Assembly: GCA_030426825.1 (NCBI GenBank)
Contig: JAUHXX010000001.1
Location: 1-53,344, forward strand
Direction of reading: 5' to 3'
DNA length: 53,344 nt
Source of the DNA: Bacteroidia bacterium
Lineage (GTDB): Bacteria > Bacteroidota > Bacteroidia > Flavobacteriales_D > Crocinitomicaceae
Both the position numbers and the translations under genes were made by a program. This document shows positions 1 to 9,469 of the stretch, in pieces; within the stretch, counting starts at the first letter, position 1; every line of letters begins with the position of its first letter. The notes under the pieces are model-generated. The model saw nothing but the letters and a program-made list of their open reading frames with translations, searched no databases and was not told the origin of the DNA.

Positions 1-854
1 ATACCCTTCTGAGTTTGTAATTTTGTATCAGCTTTTGGGAATTTTTTCAAAGCCTCTACATAACTATCTAACTCATAATTCAAGCAGCACTTCAACTTCC
101 CGCATTGACCTGCTAATTTTTGAGGGTTCACCGAAAGCTGTTGATATCTGGCAGATGCAGTAGATACTGACCTAAAGTCAGTTAACCAGGTTGAGCAACA
201 CAATTCGCGCCCACAAGAACCTATACCACCCAAACGAGCAGCCTCTTGTCGAACACCAATCTGCTTCATTTCAACTCTTACCTTGAATTCGTCAGCCAAA
301 TTTCTAATCAACTGTCTGAAATCAACACGGTCTTCTGCAGTATAATAAAAGGTAGCTTTATTGCCATCACCTTGATATTCTATATCCGAGATTTTCATTT
401 GAAGCGCCAATTGAGAAGCCAATTCTCTTGACTTGTACATGGTCATCTTCTCTTTCTCTCGATAATTCTTCCACTTCTCAACATCTTCAATTGTTGCCTT
501 TCTGACAACATTACGTGCTTCATGTGCTTTAAAGTTCGGCGCTTTTTTTCTAACTTGAATTCTGGCTAATTCACCAGTAACAGAAACAATTCCAATGTCA
601 TAACCTGGACTTGCTTCAACTGCTACTATATCTCCAACCTGAAGATTCAATCCTTTTAGGTTTCTAAAAAATGATTTTCTAGAATTTTTGAATCTTACTT
701 CAATTATATCGTAAGTGCTTTGACCATTTGGCAATTCAACATTTGCCAACCAATCGTAAACAGCTAATTTATCGCATCCGCCGGTGCCACAGGCACCGTT
801 ACTTTTACATCCATTCGGCACACCATTTGAACTTGAACAATTCGTGCATCCCAT
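1..854 (-). CDS. ricT: PSP1-domain / RicT (YaaT)-like Fe-S regulatory protein, 3'-truncated by the window edge
   Basis: Absent from the ORF track. Hand translation from ATG 854 gives MGCTNCSSSNGVPNGCKSNGACGTGGCDKLAVYDWL...IIEVRFKNSRKSFF...VGDIVAVEASPGYDIGIV, and further on GGIGSCGRELCCSTW and PQKLAGQCGKLKCCLNYE, typical of PSP1 proteins. Confidence 0.88.
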   Translation of the reverse strand, partial: MGCTNCSSSNGVPNGCKSNGACGTGGCDKLAVYDWLANVELPNGQSTYDIIEVRFKNSRKSFFRNLKGLNLQVGDIVAVEASPGYDIGIVSVTGELARIQVRKKAPNFKAHEARNVVRKATIEDVEKWKNYREKEKMTMYKSRELASQLALQMKISDIEYQGDGNKATFYYTAEDRVDFRQLIRNLADEFKVRVEMKQIGVRQEAARLGGIGSCGRELCCSTWLTDFRSVSTASARYQQLSVNPQKLAGQCGKLKCCLNYELDSYVEALKKFPKADTKLQTQKG

Positions 855-872
855 AGTAAAAATTTATAGTGT

Positions 873-880
873 CAAAGTTA
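873..880 (-). promoter_or_regulatory. Bacteroidota sigma-70 -7 element (TAACTTTG) for ricT
   Basis: Exact TAnnTTTG match 18 nt upstream of the ATG. Confidence 0.6.
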
Positions 881-917
881 AGAATTTGGCTTAGAAATTA
901 AACCATAAACAACTAAC

Positions 918-2120
918 TTAATAAACAATCTCAATGTTTTGGGCTCTGGAGAGGTACTTACTGATCACTAATCTTTGATCCTTAGTAATACCAAGATCTC
1001 CAAGATTTAGGTACTCTAACTTATCCAGTTCACCAATCAATGCGGGTATTTCATAAATAGATGTTCCAGATAAATCAAGCGACCTTAATGATTTTAATCT
1101 AAAGAAACTTTCAGGAAGCAGTGTCAAAGGGTTTTCATCTAAAGCAATGTCATTCAACCCAATCATTTCTCCTATATTTTCAGGTAATGATGTTATTCTG
1201 TTTGATGAAAAATGCATGGATTCTAGCTTTGACAAATTTGTAAAACTTTCAGGAACTGTTGAAATGCGGTTATAATCAACATTTAATTCTTGCAAAGACA
1301 CTAAATCACCAATAGATTCTGGAAGTTTGTTTAACTTATTGTCACTTAAATCAAGTTCTTTTAACAGAGTTAATGCACCCAGTTCAAGCGGTAATTTTTT
1401 CAATTTATTCTCATAGAGAAATAAAAACTCAAGTCGCTCCAACTGGGCGATTGCGTTTGGCAATTTTTTAATCTGATTATCCCCAAAATCTAAAATTGTT
1501 AACTCCTGACAAGAAAATAATTCGGCTGGGAATTTTTTGAATTTATTGCTGCCAATATAAACCGCTTCTAGGTTGTCCAGCTCTTCAAAAGAATCGGGTA
1601 ATTTGCTTAATTCATTGACGTAAAGGTCTGCTACAATTAAATTCTTCATTTGACCAATATTCTCAGGCAATTCAATTAGATTGTTAACATACAAGTCTAG
1701 CTTTGAAAGTCCGGTCAAGGTGCAAAATCCATCCGGTAATTTGGTTAATTTATTTTTGTGCAGTGTAAGCTCTCTTAAATTCTTAAGGTTTCCTATGGAA
1801 TCGTGCAACTTAGTTAGGCCATTATCATTTAGCCTTAAATATTGAAGTTTGCTTAATCTTGTCAACTCTACCGGCAGCTCAATTAAATCATTTTTTGAGA
1901 GATCTAAATATTGTACATTGACAAAACGATCTATATTTTCCGGCACGTCCTTTAGATCCTTACTTGATAGATTCAGAACTACAACGTCTTCCGGATTTTG
2001 ACTAGCCTCTAATATTGAAGTAAACTCTTTCTGATTGCGAATCTGATCTAATGTCAACAGTTGAGCCCTAAGCAAAAACGGAAGCATGCTCAAAACGACA
2101 AATAAACCAACTTTTTTCAC
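918..2120 (-). CDS. Secreted leucine-rich-repeat protein (~23-aa LRRs)
   Basis: Signal peptide followed by ~14 LxxLxLxxNxLxxLPxxIGxL repeats; GTG start. Confidence 0.92.
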   Translation of the reverse strand: MKKVGLFVVLSMLPFLLRAQLLTLDQIRNQKEFTSILEASQNPEDVVVLNLSSKDLKDVPENIDRFVNVQYLDLSKNDLIELPVELTRLSKLQYLRLNDNGLTKLHDSIGNLKNLRELTLHKNKLTKLPDGFCTLTGLSKLDLYVNNLIELPENIGQMKNLIVADLYVNELSKLPDSFEELDNLEAVYIGSNKFKKFPAELFSCQELTILDFGDNQIKKLPNAIAQLERLEFLFLYENKLKKLPLELGALTLLKELDLSDNKLNKLPESIGDLVSLQELNVDYNRISTVPESFTNLSKLESMHFSSNRITSLPENIGEMIGLNDIALDENPLTLLPESFFRLKSLRSLDLSGTSIYEIPALIGELDKLEYLNLGDLGITKDQRLVISKYLSRAQNIEIVY

Positions 2121-2161
2121 AGAATAATTTTCACTTTTGTACTATGTATCCAGCGGAAAGG

Positions 2162-3292
2162 TTACACTCCTTTTCTTACCAACTTAGTTAGTTTTATAAC
2201 CAAATCTGTAAATAGAATTTTTGCATTCGCGTTGCGCTCAAGATGATAATGCGCTTCATTAAACTCTTCCATCAGTTCCGTGATGTTCTGGTTATTAATA
2301 AATTTTGCAAATTTATTTAGGAAGGCTGTTTCTTCTTCTCGCAGATTCAGCAACTGATCTTTCATGTAATTCATGATGATGCTTTCTCTGAATATGTGCA
2401 AGCCATATTTAATAAAATTCTTTTGTCTTTGTTTCCCGATTTCTGCTATTTCATCACTGATAGCCATTAAATCGTTTGGGTTTGCTGCGTATGCCGAACG
2501 CATAAGTTTCACAAATAGATCAAAATAAGCCAATTGATCTTTATCACCATGTGCAGCATTTAGCGCCTCTACCATATTACCTTGTGACAAACTAGCTATT
2601 GAATGTGCAACGGCTTTGTCTATTCCATTCTTTTTTGATAGATAATCGGCTACTTGTTCTCTTTTCAGAGCAGGAACTGTTAAGGTCTGTGTTCTAGAAA
2701 TAATTGTTGGAAGAATTGCCTCGTTATTATCGCACAACAATAAAAACAGGGTTTGCTGTGGTGGCTCTTCAAGTAACTTCAACATTTTATTTGCCGCTTG
2801 CGCATTCATTCTTTCAGGCAACCAAATAATCATGACCTTGTACTTTCCAGAAAATGATTTGAGGGATAGTTTTTTTAGGATCGCTCTACTTTCATCTACA
2901 CCGATAATTGGATTTTTTCCTTCAGAACCAATATGGTCTAACCAATTTTCAACACCAAAATGCGGTTGTTTTAAAATGAGTTGATTCCATTCTGAACGCA
3001 AATCATCTGAAGTAGCCACTTTATCAGCCTTAGAAATTGGAACAGGAAAGGCAAAATGAAGATCAGGGTGTGTTAAGGAATTCATTTTTTGACAATTCGG
3101 GCATTCACCACAAGCATCTTTCTTCCCGGGATTGTCACAAAGTAAATACTGCGTGAAGGCTATGGCTAGACCCAATTTTCCAGAACCCTCAGGTCCCAAA
3201 AACATTTGTGCGTGACCGATTCGATCATTTTTTACCTCAGCCAATAAATGTTTGACTGCATTTTCGTTTACTATGACATCCTTAAAAAGCAC
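2162..3292 (-). CDS. holB: DNA polymerase III subunit delta'
   Basis: HAQMFLGPEGSGK, C-x7-CGECPNC Zn motif, HPDLH, ANKMLKLLEEPP, ILPTIISR. Start reassigned to GTG 3292 (ORF track starts at 3361). Confidence 0.92.
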   Translation of the reverse strand: MLFKDVIVNENAVKHLLAEVKNDRIGHAQMFLGPEGSGKLGLAIAFTQYLLCDNPGKKDACGECPNCQKMNSLTHPDLHFAFPVPISKADKVATSDDLRSEWNQLILKQPHFGVENWLDHIGSEGKNPIIGVDESRAILKKLSLKSFSGKYKVMIIWLPERMNAQAANKMLKLLEEPPQQTLFLLLCDNNEAILPTIISRTQTLTVPALKREQVADYLSKKNGIDKAVAHSIASLSQGNMVEALNAAHGDKDQLAYFDLFVKLMRSAYAANPNDLMAISDEIAEIGKQRQKNFIKYGLHIFRESIIMNYMKDQLLNLREEETAFLNKFAKFINNQNITELMEEFNEAHYHLERNANAKILFTDLVIKLTKLVRKGV

Positions 3293-3396
3293 TGGGCTAA
3301 AATTAGTTATTATCATGGTACGAATTTTGCCTATTATGGTAAAATTCTTAAATTTAAACACAGGGCAGTATTGCCTGAATCCTTAAAACAAACAAG

Positions 3397-4053
3397 ATGA
3401 AAAAAATACTTACACTATCCGCGCTATTTTTTGCACTAGGTTCATTTGCACAAGTTGGCGTTAAAGAAACTAATGTCAATATAGATGGTGGCAAAAATGG
3501 TTTTGAAATAGAAATTCCATATGCTGATAAAAAAACTACAGAAAAAGAGCTAAAAGACTTATTTAAAAGCTGGAAAGGCAGTTTTTCAGATAAAAAAGGG
3601 GTCATGAAGTCTGACGACTGTAAAGACAAAGACATGGGTGAAAACACTTTTGACGTTTACGGAACTGTGGTAGAAAACGGTGAAGATGGGTCGAAGGCTT
3701 TGGTGGCCGTAGATTTAGGAGGAGCTTATTTAAATTCTTCTGATCACAGTTCTCAATTTAAAGTGATGGAAAGCATTTTAAAAGTATGGGGTGTTAAAAC
3801 AGCTACCATTTACGTGCAGGAAGTTGAAAAAGAAGAAGAGAAAATCTTAAAAGACAAAGAAAAAGAACTGAGCGACTTGGAAAAAGATCAGGAGAAGATG
3901 GAAAAAGAAATTGAAGATTATAAAAAGAAGATCGAAGACAACGAAAAAGCCATTGAGCAAAGCAAGAAAGATCAAGAAGAAAAGAAAACTGAGATTAAAA
4001 CTCAAGAAGGTGTATTACAAGAAGTAATCAAGAAAAAAGAAGGAATTAAATAA
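3397..4053 (+). CDS. Secreted hypothetical protein with C-terminal coiled coil
   Basis: Signal peptide, globular alpha/beta region, then a ~75-aa K/E-rich heptad tail. Confidence 0.8.
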   Translation: MKKILTLSALFFALGSFAQVGVKETNVNIDGGKNGFEIEIPYADKKTTEKELKDLFKSWKGSFSDKKGVMKSDDCKDKDMGENTFDVYGTVVENGEDGSKALVAVDLGGAYLNSSDHSSQFKVMESILKVWGVKTATIYVQEVEKEEEKILKDKEKELSDLEKDQEKMEKEIEDYKKKIEDNEKAIEQSKKDQEEKKTEIKTQEGVLQEVIKKKEGIK

Positions 4054-4080
4054 TTCACCTTTTATTTAAGAATATATTTG

Positions 4081-4112
4081 TCCCCCTGCGTTTTACCGTA
4101 GGGGGATTTTTT
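4081..4112 (+). terminator. Intrinsic terminator-like hairpin
   Basis: TCCCCCTGCG-ttttac-CGTAGGGGGA followed by T6. Confidence 0.7.
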
Positions 4113-5033
4113 ATGGGTGAAAAGTTAAAATATTACGTCATTCTTCATCTGATCGTTTTGATTTGGGGAATAACAGGGATTCTAGGAGATGAAATCAATC
4201 TATCTGCAGATAAAATCACCTTTTTTAGGACACTCATTTCCCTATTTTCATTGGTGTTGGTAGGAATCTTTTTAAAAAAATCTTCTCAAATAACTCCTAA
4301 ACAAATTGCCCAAATTACTGCGACAGGAGTAGTTGTTGGATTACATTGGTTCTGCTTTTTTTATTCGATTAAACTAAGTACAGTTTCAATTGGTGTTGTT
4401 TGTATGTCAAGTTCAACCTTATTTACTTCGATTATAGAACCCATCATTTTTAAACGGAAGTTTTTAATCTCAGAATTGTTATTGAGTTTGTGCATTATCG
4501 GGGGTATTCTGATCATCTTTGGTTTCGAAAGTCAGTACTATTGGGGCATCTGCTTTGGATTATTGGCGGCTTTATTTGCCGCATTATTTACGGTTATAAA
4601 TGGTCGATTTATTACCAAAGTGTCTTCATTCAACATAACGAAATATGAAATGCTCGGAGGCTCCATAACACTCTTTATAATTTTATTGTTTAGCGGAAAA
4701 GTGGATAGTAATTTATTTACAGTGCCGGCACTTGATTGGTTGTACCTGATAATTTTAGGTATAGTTTGCACCACTATGGCTTTTATGGTATCTGTCTGGG
4801 TAATGAAACATGTTACACCTTTTACGGTGAGCATGAGTGTGAATATGGAGCCAATTTATACGATCATCATTGCCCTCATAATTGCAATGTATAGGGGCAC
4901 AGACAAAGAACAAATGAGTTCTGGGTTTTATGTTGGCGGTAGTGTAATTCTCTTGTCTATATTTACCAATGCGTATTTAAAAAAGCGTTCAAAGTCAAAA
5001 ATTGCCAAGGAAAAACAGACTTTGAGCACGTAA
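4113..5033 (+). CDS. EamA/DMT family transporter
   Basis: ~10 TM segments in two repeats; LIWGITGILG, GLHWFCFF, NMEPIY. Confidence 0.9.
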   Translation: MGEKLKYYVILHLIVLIWGITGILGDEINLSADKITFFRTLISLFSLVLVGIFLKKSSQITPKQIAQITATGVVVGLHWFCFFYSIKLSTVSIGVVCMSSSTLFTSIIEPIIFKRKFLISELLLSLCIIGGILIIFGFESQYYWGICFGLLAALFAALFTVINGRFITKVSSFNITKYEMLGGSITLFIILLFSGKVDSNLFTVPALDWLYLIILGIVCTTMAFMVSVWVMKHVTPFTVSMSVNMEPIYTIIIALIIAMYRGTDKEQMSSGFYVGGSVILLSIFTNAYLKKRSKSKIAKEKQTLST

Positions 5034-5081
5034 TTAGCTTATTTATTATTAAATTGAAAGCTCGATAAATTCTAAAATCGA

Positions 5082-5089
5082 TAACTTTG
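5082..5089 (+). promoter_or_regulatory. -7 promoter element (TAACTTTG) for the Usp gene
   Basis: Exact TAnnTTTG 33 nt upstream of the ATG. Confidence 0.6.
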
Positions 5090-5122
5090 CAAAAAAAATA
5101 AAACCTAGTAAACCATTATCAA

Positions 5123-5953
5123 ATGAAGAAGAAACTAATTGTACCTTACGACTTTACAGAAGTAGCTGACAATGCGATACATCATGCATTAGTTACTGCG
5201 AAAGTAGTAGATGCTGAAGTACACATCTTGCACGTTGTTGCTAAGAATGATGAAATAAAAGAAGCTAAAGCAAAAATTGAAGCTTCAACGAGCGCAGCAA
5301 AAGCCTCTTCTAAAGCTCCAGAAGTTGAATTAATTAATCACGTAAGAGTTGGAAACATCTTTGATGATATTGCAGATTTTGCCGTAGAAATTGGAGCTGA
5401 ACTTATTTTCATGGGGACGCATGGAGCCACTGGATGGCAGCACATTACTGGTTCTCACGCGTTAAAAGTGGTAACTAGTTCGCCTGCACCATTTGTAATC
5501 GTACAAGAAAATGATATTAACGAATCAGGTTATGATGATATCGTTGTTCCTTTAGATTTACATAAAGAAACAAAGCAAAAACTAACCTTAGTAGCGAACA
5601 TTGCTCAATACTTTGATTCTAGAGTACATGTAATTATTCCTGATGAGTCAGATGAGTTCTTGAAGCACACAGTAAAAGCAAATATTGTTTTCGCGAACAA
5701 ATTCTTTAGCGAAAGAGGAATTGAAGTAACAACAACTTTAGCTGATTCTTCAGGATTTGATAAAGAAGTAGTTAAACATGCAGTAAAAGTAGATGCCGAT
5801 TTAATTGCCATCATGAATCTTCAAAAAAATCAACTGTTAGGATTGTTTGGTTCTAACCATGAGCAATATATGATTACCAATGAGGCTCAAATTCCAGTAT
5901 TAATTGTTAACCCAATTGATGCAACGAATTCATATCAAACTATTTTTACTTGA
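5123..5953 (+). CDS. Universal stress protein (tandem Usp domains)
   Basis: LIVPYDFT, ELIFMGTHGATG...GSHALKVV, second domain IVVPLD...IPVLIV. Confidence 0.92.
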   Translation: MKKKLIVPYDFTEVADNAIHHALVTAKVVDAEVHILHVVAKNDEIKEAKAKIEASTSAAKASSKAPEVELINHVRVGNIFDDIADFAVEIGAELIFMGTHGATGWQHITGSHALKVVTSSPAPFVIVQENDINESGYDDIVVPLDLHKETKQKLTLVANIAQYFDSRVHVIIPDESDEFLKHTVKANIVFANKFFSERGIEVTTTLADSSGFDKEVVKHAVKVDADLIAIMNLQKNQLLGLFGSNHEQYMITNEAQIPVLIVNPIDATNSYQTIFT

Positions 5954-5970
5954 TTTGAGACGAACATTAT

Positions 5971-6004
5971 AAAAAAAGCCTCTTCATTTTGAAGGGGCTT
6001 TTTT
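5971..6004. terminator. Bidirectional intrinsic terminator between the convergent usp and nupC genes
   Basis: A7-GCCTCTTCA-tt-TTGAAGGGGC-T6. Confidence 0.85.
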
Positions 6005-6086
6005 GTTGGGTAAATCTCTCCTACTGATCCGTGATAAGCAATTACATTAGGGTAGGACCAAAATTTGATTGGATAAAAGTCTCTCG

Positions 6087-7856
6087 CTAATACATCATAC
6101 CAACAATTGCTGCTGTCATTAAGCTGGCAATAGTTCCGCCGAGCAGAGCTTTCATCCCTAATTGAGACAACAGACCTTTTCTAGAAGGCACCAACGAACC
6201 GATACCACCAATTTGGATACCAATAGAGGCAAAGTTTGCAAATCCGCACAGCATGTAAGTAGATATAATAACTGATTTTTCTGTCAATTCTCCTGAGGCT
6301 TTCAACTCTCCCAGTCTCGGGTAAGCAATGAACTCGTTTAATATCGTTTTTTGACCTAATAACTCTCCCACCAATACCATGTCGACACTGTCTACACCAA
6401 GCATCCAAACAATTGGCGCGCCTACATAACCCAAAATGAATTGAAAAGATAGGCCGTCTTTATAAGGAGTAGACGCCGCAATCATTTGATTTAAATCGGT
6501 CACCTCTCCAACCCATCCCAAAATACCGTTACCCATTGCCATCAAAGCAATAAACACGAGTAGCATAGCACCAACATTCACAGCCAACTTTAATCCGTCA
6601 GAGGTTCCATTTGCAATAGCCTCTAAAAGATTAGTTCCTATTTTCTCTTTGGTAACTGTTATTTCTTTACTTATTTCTTCTGTTTCAGGAACCAATATCT
6701 TTGCTGCGACTACTGCCGCTGGAGCTGAAATAATTGATGCCGTTAGCAAATGCTTAGCAAAAAACGCCTGTTCGACTGGATCATCCCCACCAAGAAAAAA
6801 CACATATGCTGCCAAGACACCGCCTGCAATGGTGGCCATCCCCCCAGTCATTAAACACATCATTTCTGACTTGGTCATCCCTAGCAAATAAGGCTTAACC
6901 AAAAGAGGTGATTCGGTCTGACCCAAAAAGACATTCCCAGCTGCAGCTAATGATTCAGCACCAGACATTCGCATAAATTTCTTCATGATCCAGGCAAAAA
7001 CATAAACCACTTTTTGAACAATTCCTAAATAATAGAACATGCTCATTAAAGCTGAAAAGAAAATAATAGTTGGTAATACTTTAACAGCAAATGTTATTAA
7101 GGGGGCTTGCACCACTCCAACTCCCATTTGACCGAATAGGAAATCAACTCCACTATCTGTAAATGAGATAACGTCCACGAAAAGACCACTTAACCAATTA
7201 AAGCCTTGTTCAACAAATGGGACTTTTAATACTAAGAAAGCTATGACAACCTGAAGAATAGTCCCCTTAATCACCAATCCCCAATCAATTTTCTTTTTGT
7301 TTGAAGAAAAAAGAAACGTCAATGCTAACAAAAAGGCCATACCGACAATGCCTCGAATAACCGAAGTAAAGGTCATGCCTTGCTCCACTTTTACCTCGCG
7401 CGTAAAATCTTTTCTATTTCCGCTTTCTTTAAGTACTAATGCATTTTCAGTTAAAGAAATTACCTTAATCTCTTTTGAAGTGGTTTCAGCTATAACGGCA
7501 CCTTCTATCTCTGATGCTACATGTTTTGAGTCACTATAGAATGCAGTTGTTGAATTTCCATTTGATTGATTACTGATTTCAATGGAATCAACATTATATG
7601 AATTTGGCTCTACGTAATTAAGGTTTATAATTCCTTCTTCATACTGCCAGGTTCCATTAATACTTTCGGCATACAATCCTGACTCAGAGAATTTCTGTCC
7701 AGAATCATCTTTGGTAAAAATAAAATAATCGGGGTTGTCTTCTACAGACTCGGATGAAAGAAGCCACTTACCCACTAGCGGGTCAGGTTTGTCGGATTTA
7801 CAAGAGCTTAATAAGCCCACAACTCCTAAGAGCAGTATAAATCCAAGTTTTTTCAC
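6087..7856 (-). CDS. Concentrative Na+/nucleoside transporter (CNT/NupC) with an N-terminal lipoprotein domain
   Basis: CNT motifs GVDFLFG, VLPTIIFFSAL, NVFLGQTESPL, GGMATIAG, LNEFIAY, CGFANFASIG, preceded by lipobox LLSSC and a ~140-aa soluble domain. Confidence 0.9.
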   Translation of the reverse strand: MKKLGFILLLGVVGLLSSCKSDKPDPLVGKWLLSSESVEDNPDYFIFTKDDSGQKFSESGLYAESINGTWQYEEGIINLNYVEPNSYNVDSIEISNQSNGNSTTAFYSDSKHVASEIEGAVIAETTSKEIKVISLTENALVLKESGNRKDFTREVKVEQGMTFTSVIRGIVGMAFLLALTFLFSSNKKKIDWGLVIKGTILQVVIAFLVLKVPFVEQGFNWLSGLFVDVISFTDSGVDFLFGQMGVGVVQAPLITFAVKVLPTIIFFSALMSMFYYLGIVQKVVYVFAWIMKKFMRMSGAESLAAAGNVFLGQTESPLLVKPYLLGMTKSEMMCLMTGGMATIAGGVLAAYVFFLGGDDPVEQAFFAKHLLTASIISAPAAVVAAKILVPETEEISKEITVTKEKIGTNLLEAIANGTSDGLKLAVNVGAMLLVFIALMAMGNGILGWVGEVTDLNQMIAASTPYKDGLSFQFILGYVGAPIVWMLGVDSVDMVLVGELLGQKTILNEFIAYPRLGELKASGELTEKSVIISTYMLCGFANFASIGIQIGGIGSLVPSRKGLLSQLGMKALLGGTIASLMTAAIVGMMY

Positions 7857-7858
7857 TT

Positions 7859-8452
7859 TTAGTTGCGTTTGTTCAGCTCATCTCTAATTTCAGATGCTCT
7901 TTCGTAATCTTCTCTATCAATTGCCTCTTGCATAAGAGTAGATAACTCTTCTGTAGACATAGCGCTCAGCTCATTCGCATTCGTTCCTTCTTCAGCCTCT
8001 TCAATTTCAGCCTCCATTGTTTCTTCAGCCTCTTCCAATTCATCTTCTAATTGAATACCTGCAGAACTTAAAATGTGCTCAAAAGTATAAACTGGGCATT
8101 CACAACGGATTCCAATAGCAATGGCGTCAGAGGTTCTAGCATCTATTTCCACTTCTTCTCCCTCTCTTTCACAAATTAGTTTGGAATAAAAGACGCCCTC
8201 AATTAAATTATAAATGACAACCTCCTTAATATTTACCACAAATGACTCGGCAAAAGATTTAAAAAGATCATGTGTTAGCGGTCTTGAAGGCTTCATGTTT
8301 TCAAGCTCAATAGCAATTGATTGCGCTTCAAACCCCCCAATAATTATTGGAAGACGTCTAGAACCTTGTTTTTCAGACAGCACTAGAGCATAAGCGCCAG
8401 ATTGTGTTTGGCTATATGAAAGACCGATTATTTTTAATTCTATTTTCTCCAT
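7859..8452 (-). CDS. Bifunctional nuclease (DUF151/BFN) with C-terminal UVR domain
   Basis: LPIIIGGFEAQSI, RPLTHDL, IDARTSDAIA; AIDREDYERASEIRDEL (UvrB/C motif). Confidence 0.92.
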   Translation of the reverse strand: MEKIELKIIGLSYSQTQSGAYALVLSEKQGSRRLPIIIGGFEAQSIAIELENMKPSRPLTHDLFKSFAESFVVNIKEVVIYNLIEGVFYSKLICEREGEEVEIDARTSDAIAIGIRCECPVYTFEHILSSAGIQLEDELEEAEETMEAEIEEAEEGTNANELSAMSTEELSTLMQEAIDREDYERASEIRDELNKRN

Positions 8453-8456
8453 AAAC

Positions 8457-8485
8457 ATAAAAGGACTCCGTTAGGCGGAATCCTT
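8457..8485 (-). terminator. Hairpin/terminator after etfA
   Basis: Minus strand AAGGATTCCG-cctaa-CGGAGTCCTT-TT. Confidence 0.55.
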
Positions 8486-8504
8486 AATGTGTAATACTAA
8501 AGTA

Positions 8505-9446
8505 CTAATTTTGAGATTTAAATTTCTCGATTTCTTCTTTTAATTTAGGAAGAACTTCAAATGCGTCTCCAACTATCCCGTAATCAGCAGCTTTGAAAAA
8601 CGGCGCCTCTGGGTCTGTATTAATTACTACAATAACTTTAGATCCGTTCACACCAGCAAGATGCTGAATTGCACCGCTAATACCTGCAGCAATATATAAG
8701 TTCGGACGAATAGCAACACCTGTTTGACCAACGTGCTCGTGATGAGGTCTCCATCCTATATCGGCAACCGGTCTAGAACATGCAGTAGCTGCTCCTAAAG
8801 CTTTCGCCAAATCTTCAACCATACCCCAATTTTCAGGGCCTTTTAAACCACGACCTGCCGAAACAACTAACTCAGCTTCTGGCAATAATATATCCCCTTC
8901 TTGCTTTTGAACATCTTTAACTACTACTGATGCAGCACCTGCGTCTGCAGAAAATTCTTCAACACTCGCAGAACCTCCAGTTTCACCTACTTGAATTGAA
9001 TTAGGTGTTAAAGCGATTATTTTTTTATCTGATTTAAAAGCTACGTTTCCAAAGGCCTTACCTGAAAACACATTTACTTTTACTGAACCGTCTGCAGCTG
9101 GCAAGGCTACCGCCCCTGAAGCCAATCCAGCCTTAAGTTTAGCAGATAATCTTGGGGCAACAGAACGACCGGTTAAATCTTGAGAGAAAACAATCGTTGA
9201 TGCACCTTCAGCCTCAGCTGCAGCAGCAACAATGTTAGTGATTTGAGCTGCATCCCCTGTAGTCACTCCTCTGTGAACTAAAACTTTAGACGCCCCTACA
9301 TTTCCTAATCCTGCTAATTCTGCTTCTCCAATTGAACCATTTGTTACAACGGTAGTTGTACCAATTTTACTTCCGTAATGAACCGCCTCTAATGCGTTTT
9401 TTGCAATTGAGCCGTTTAATGTATCTATATATACTAATACTGACAT
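8505..9446 (-). CDS. etfA: Electron transfer flavoprotein alpha subunit
   Basis: VVSAGRG, VGQTG, PNLYIAAGISGAIQHLAG, INTDPEAPFFKAADYG. Confidence 0.96.
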   Translation of the reverse strand: MSVLVYIDTLNGSIAKNALEAVHYGSKIGTTTVVTNGSIGEAELAGLGNVGASKVLVHRGVTTGDAAQITNIVAAAAEAEGASTIVFSQDLTGRSVAPRLSAKLKAGLASGAVALPAADGSVKVNVFSGKAFGNVAFKSDKKIIALTPNSIQVGETGGSASVEEFSADAGAASVVVKDVQKQEGDILLPEAELVVSAGRGLKGPENWGMVEDLAKALGAATACSRPVADIGWRPHHEHVGQTGVAIRPNLYIAAGISGAIQHLAGVNGSKVIVVINTDPEAPFFKAADYGIVGDAFEVLPKLKEEIEKFKSQN

Positions 9447-9469
9447 TTTAATCTTTTTTTCGTGTGGAA

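Noticed and set aside
246-431. 61-aa + strand ORF
   Set aside because: Antisense shadow of the ricT/PSP1 gene.
3293-3361. N-terminal extension of holB in the ORF track
   Set aside because: It runs into the divergent promoter region; the HolB-like sequence begins at GTG 3292.
6256-6263. Additional GTAAGTAG match inside nupC
   Set aside because: An isolated 8-mer in coding sequence is expected by chance.
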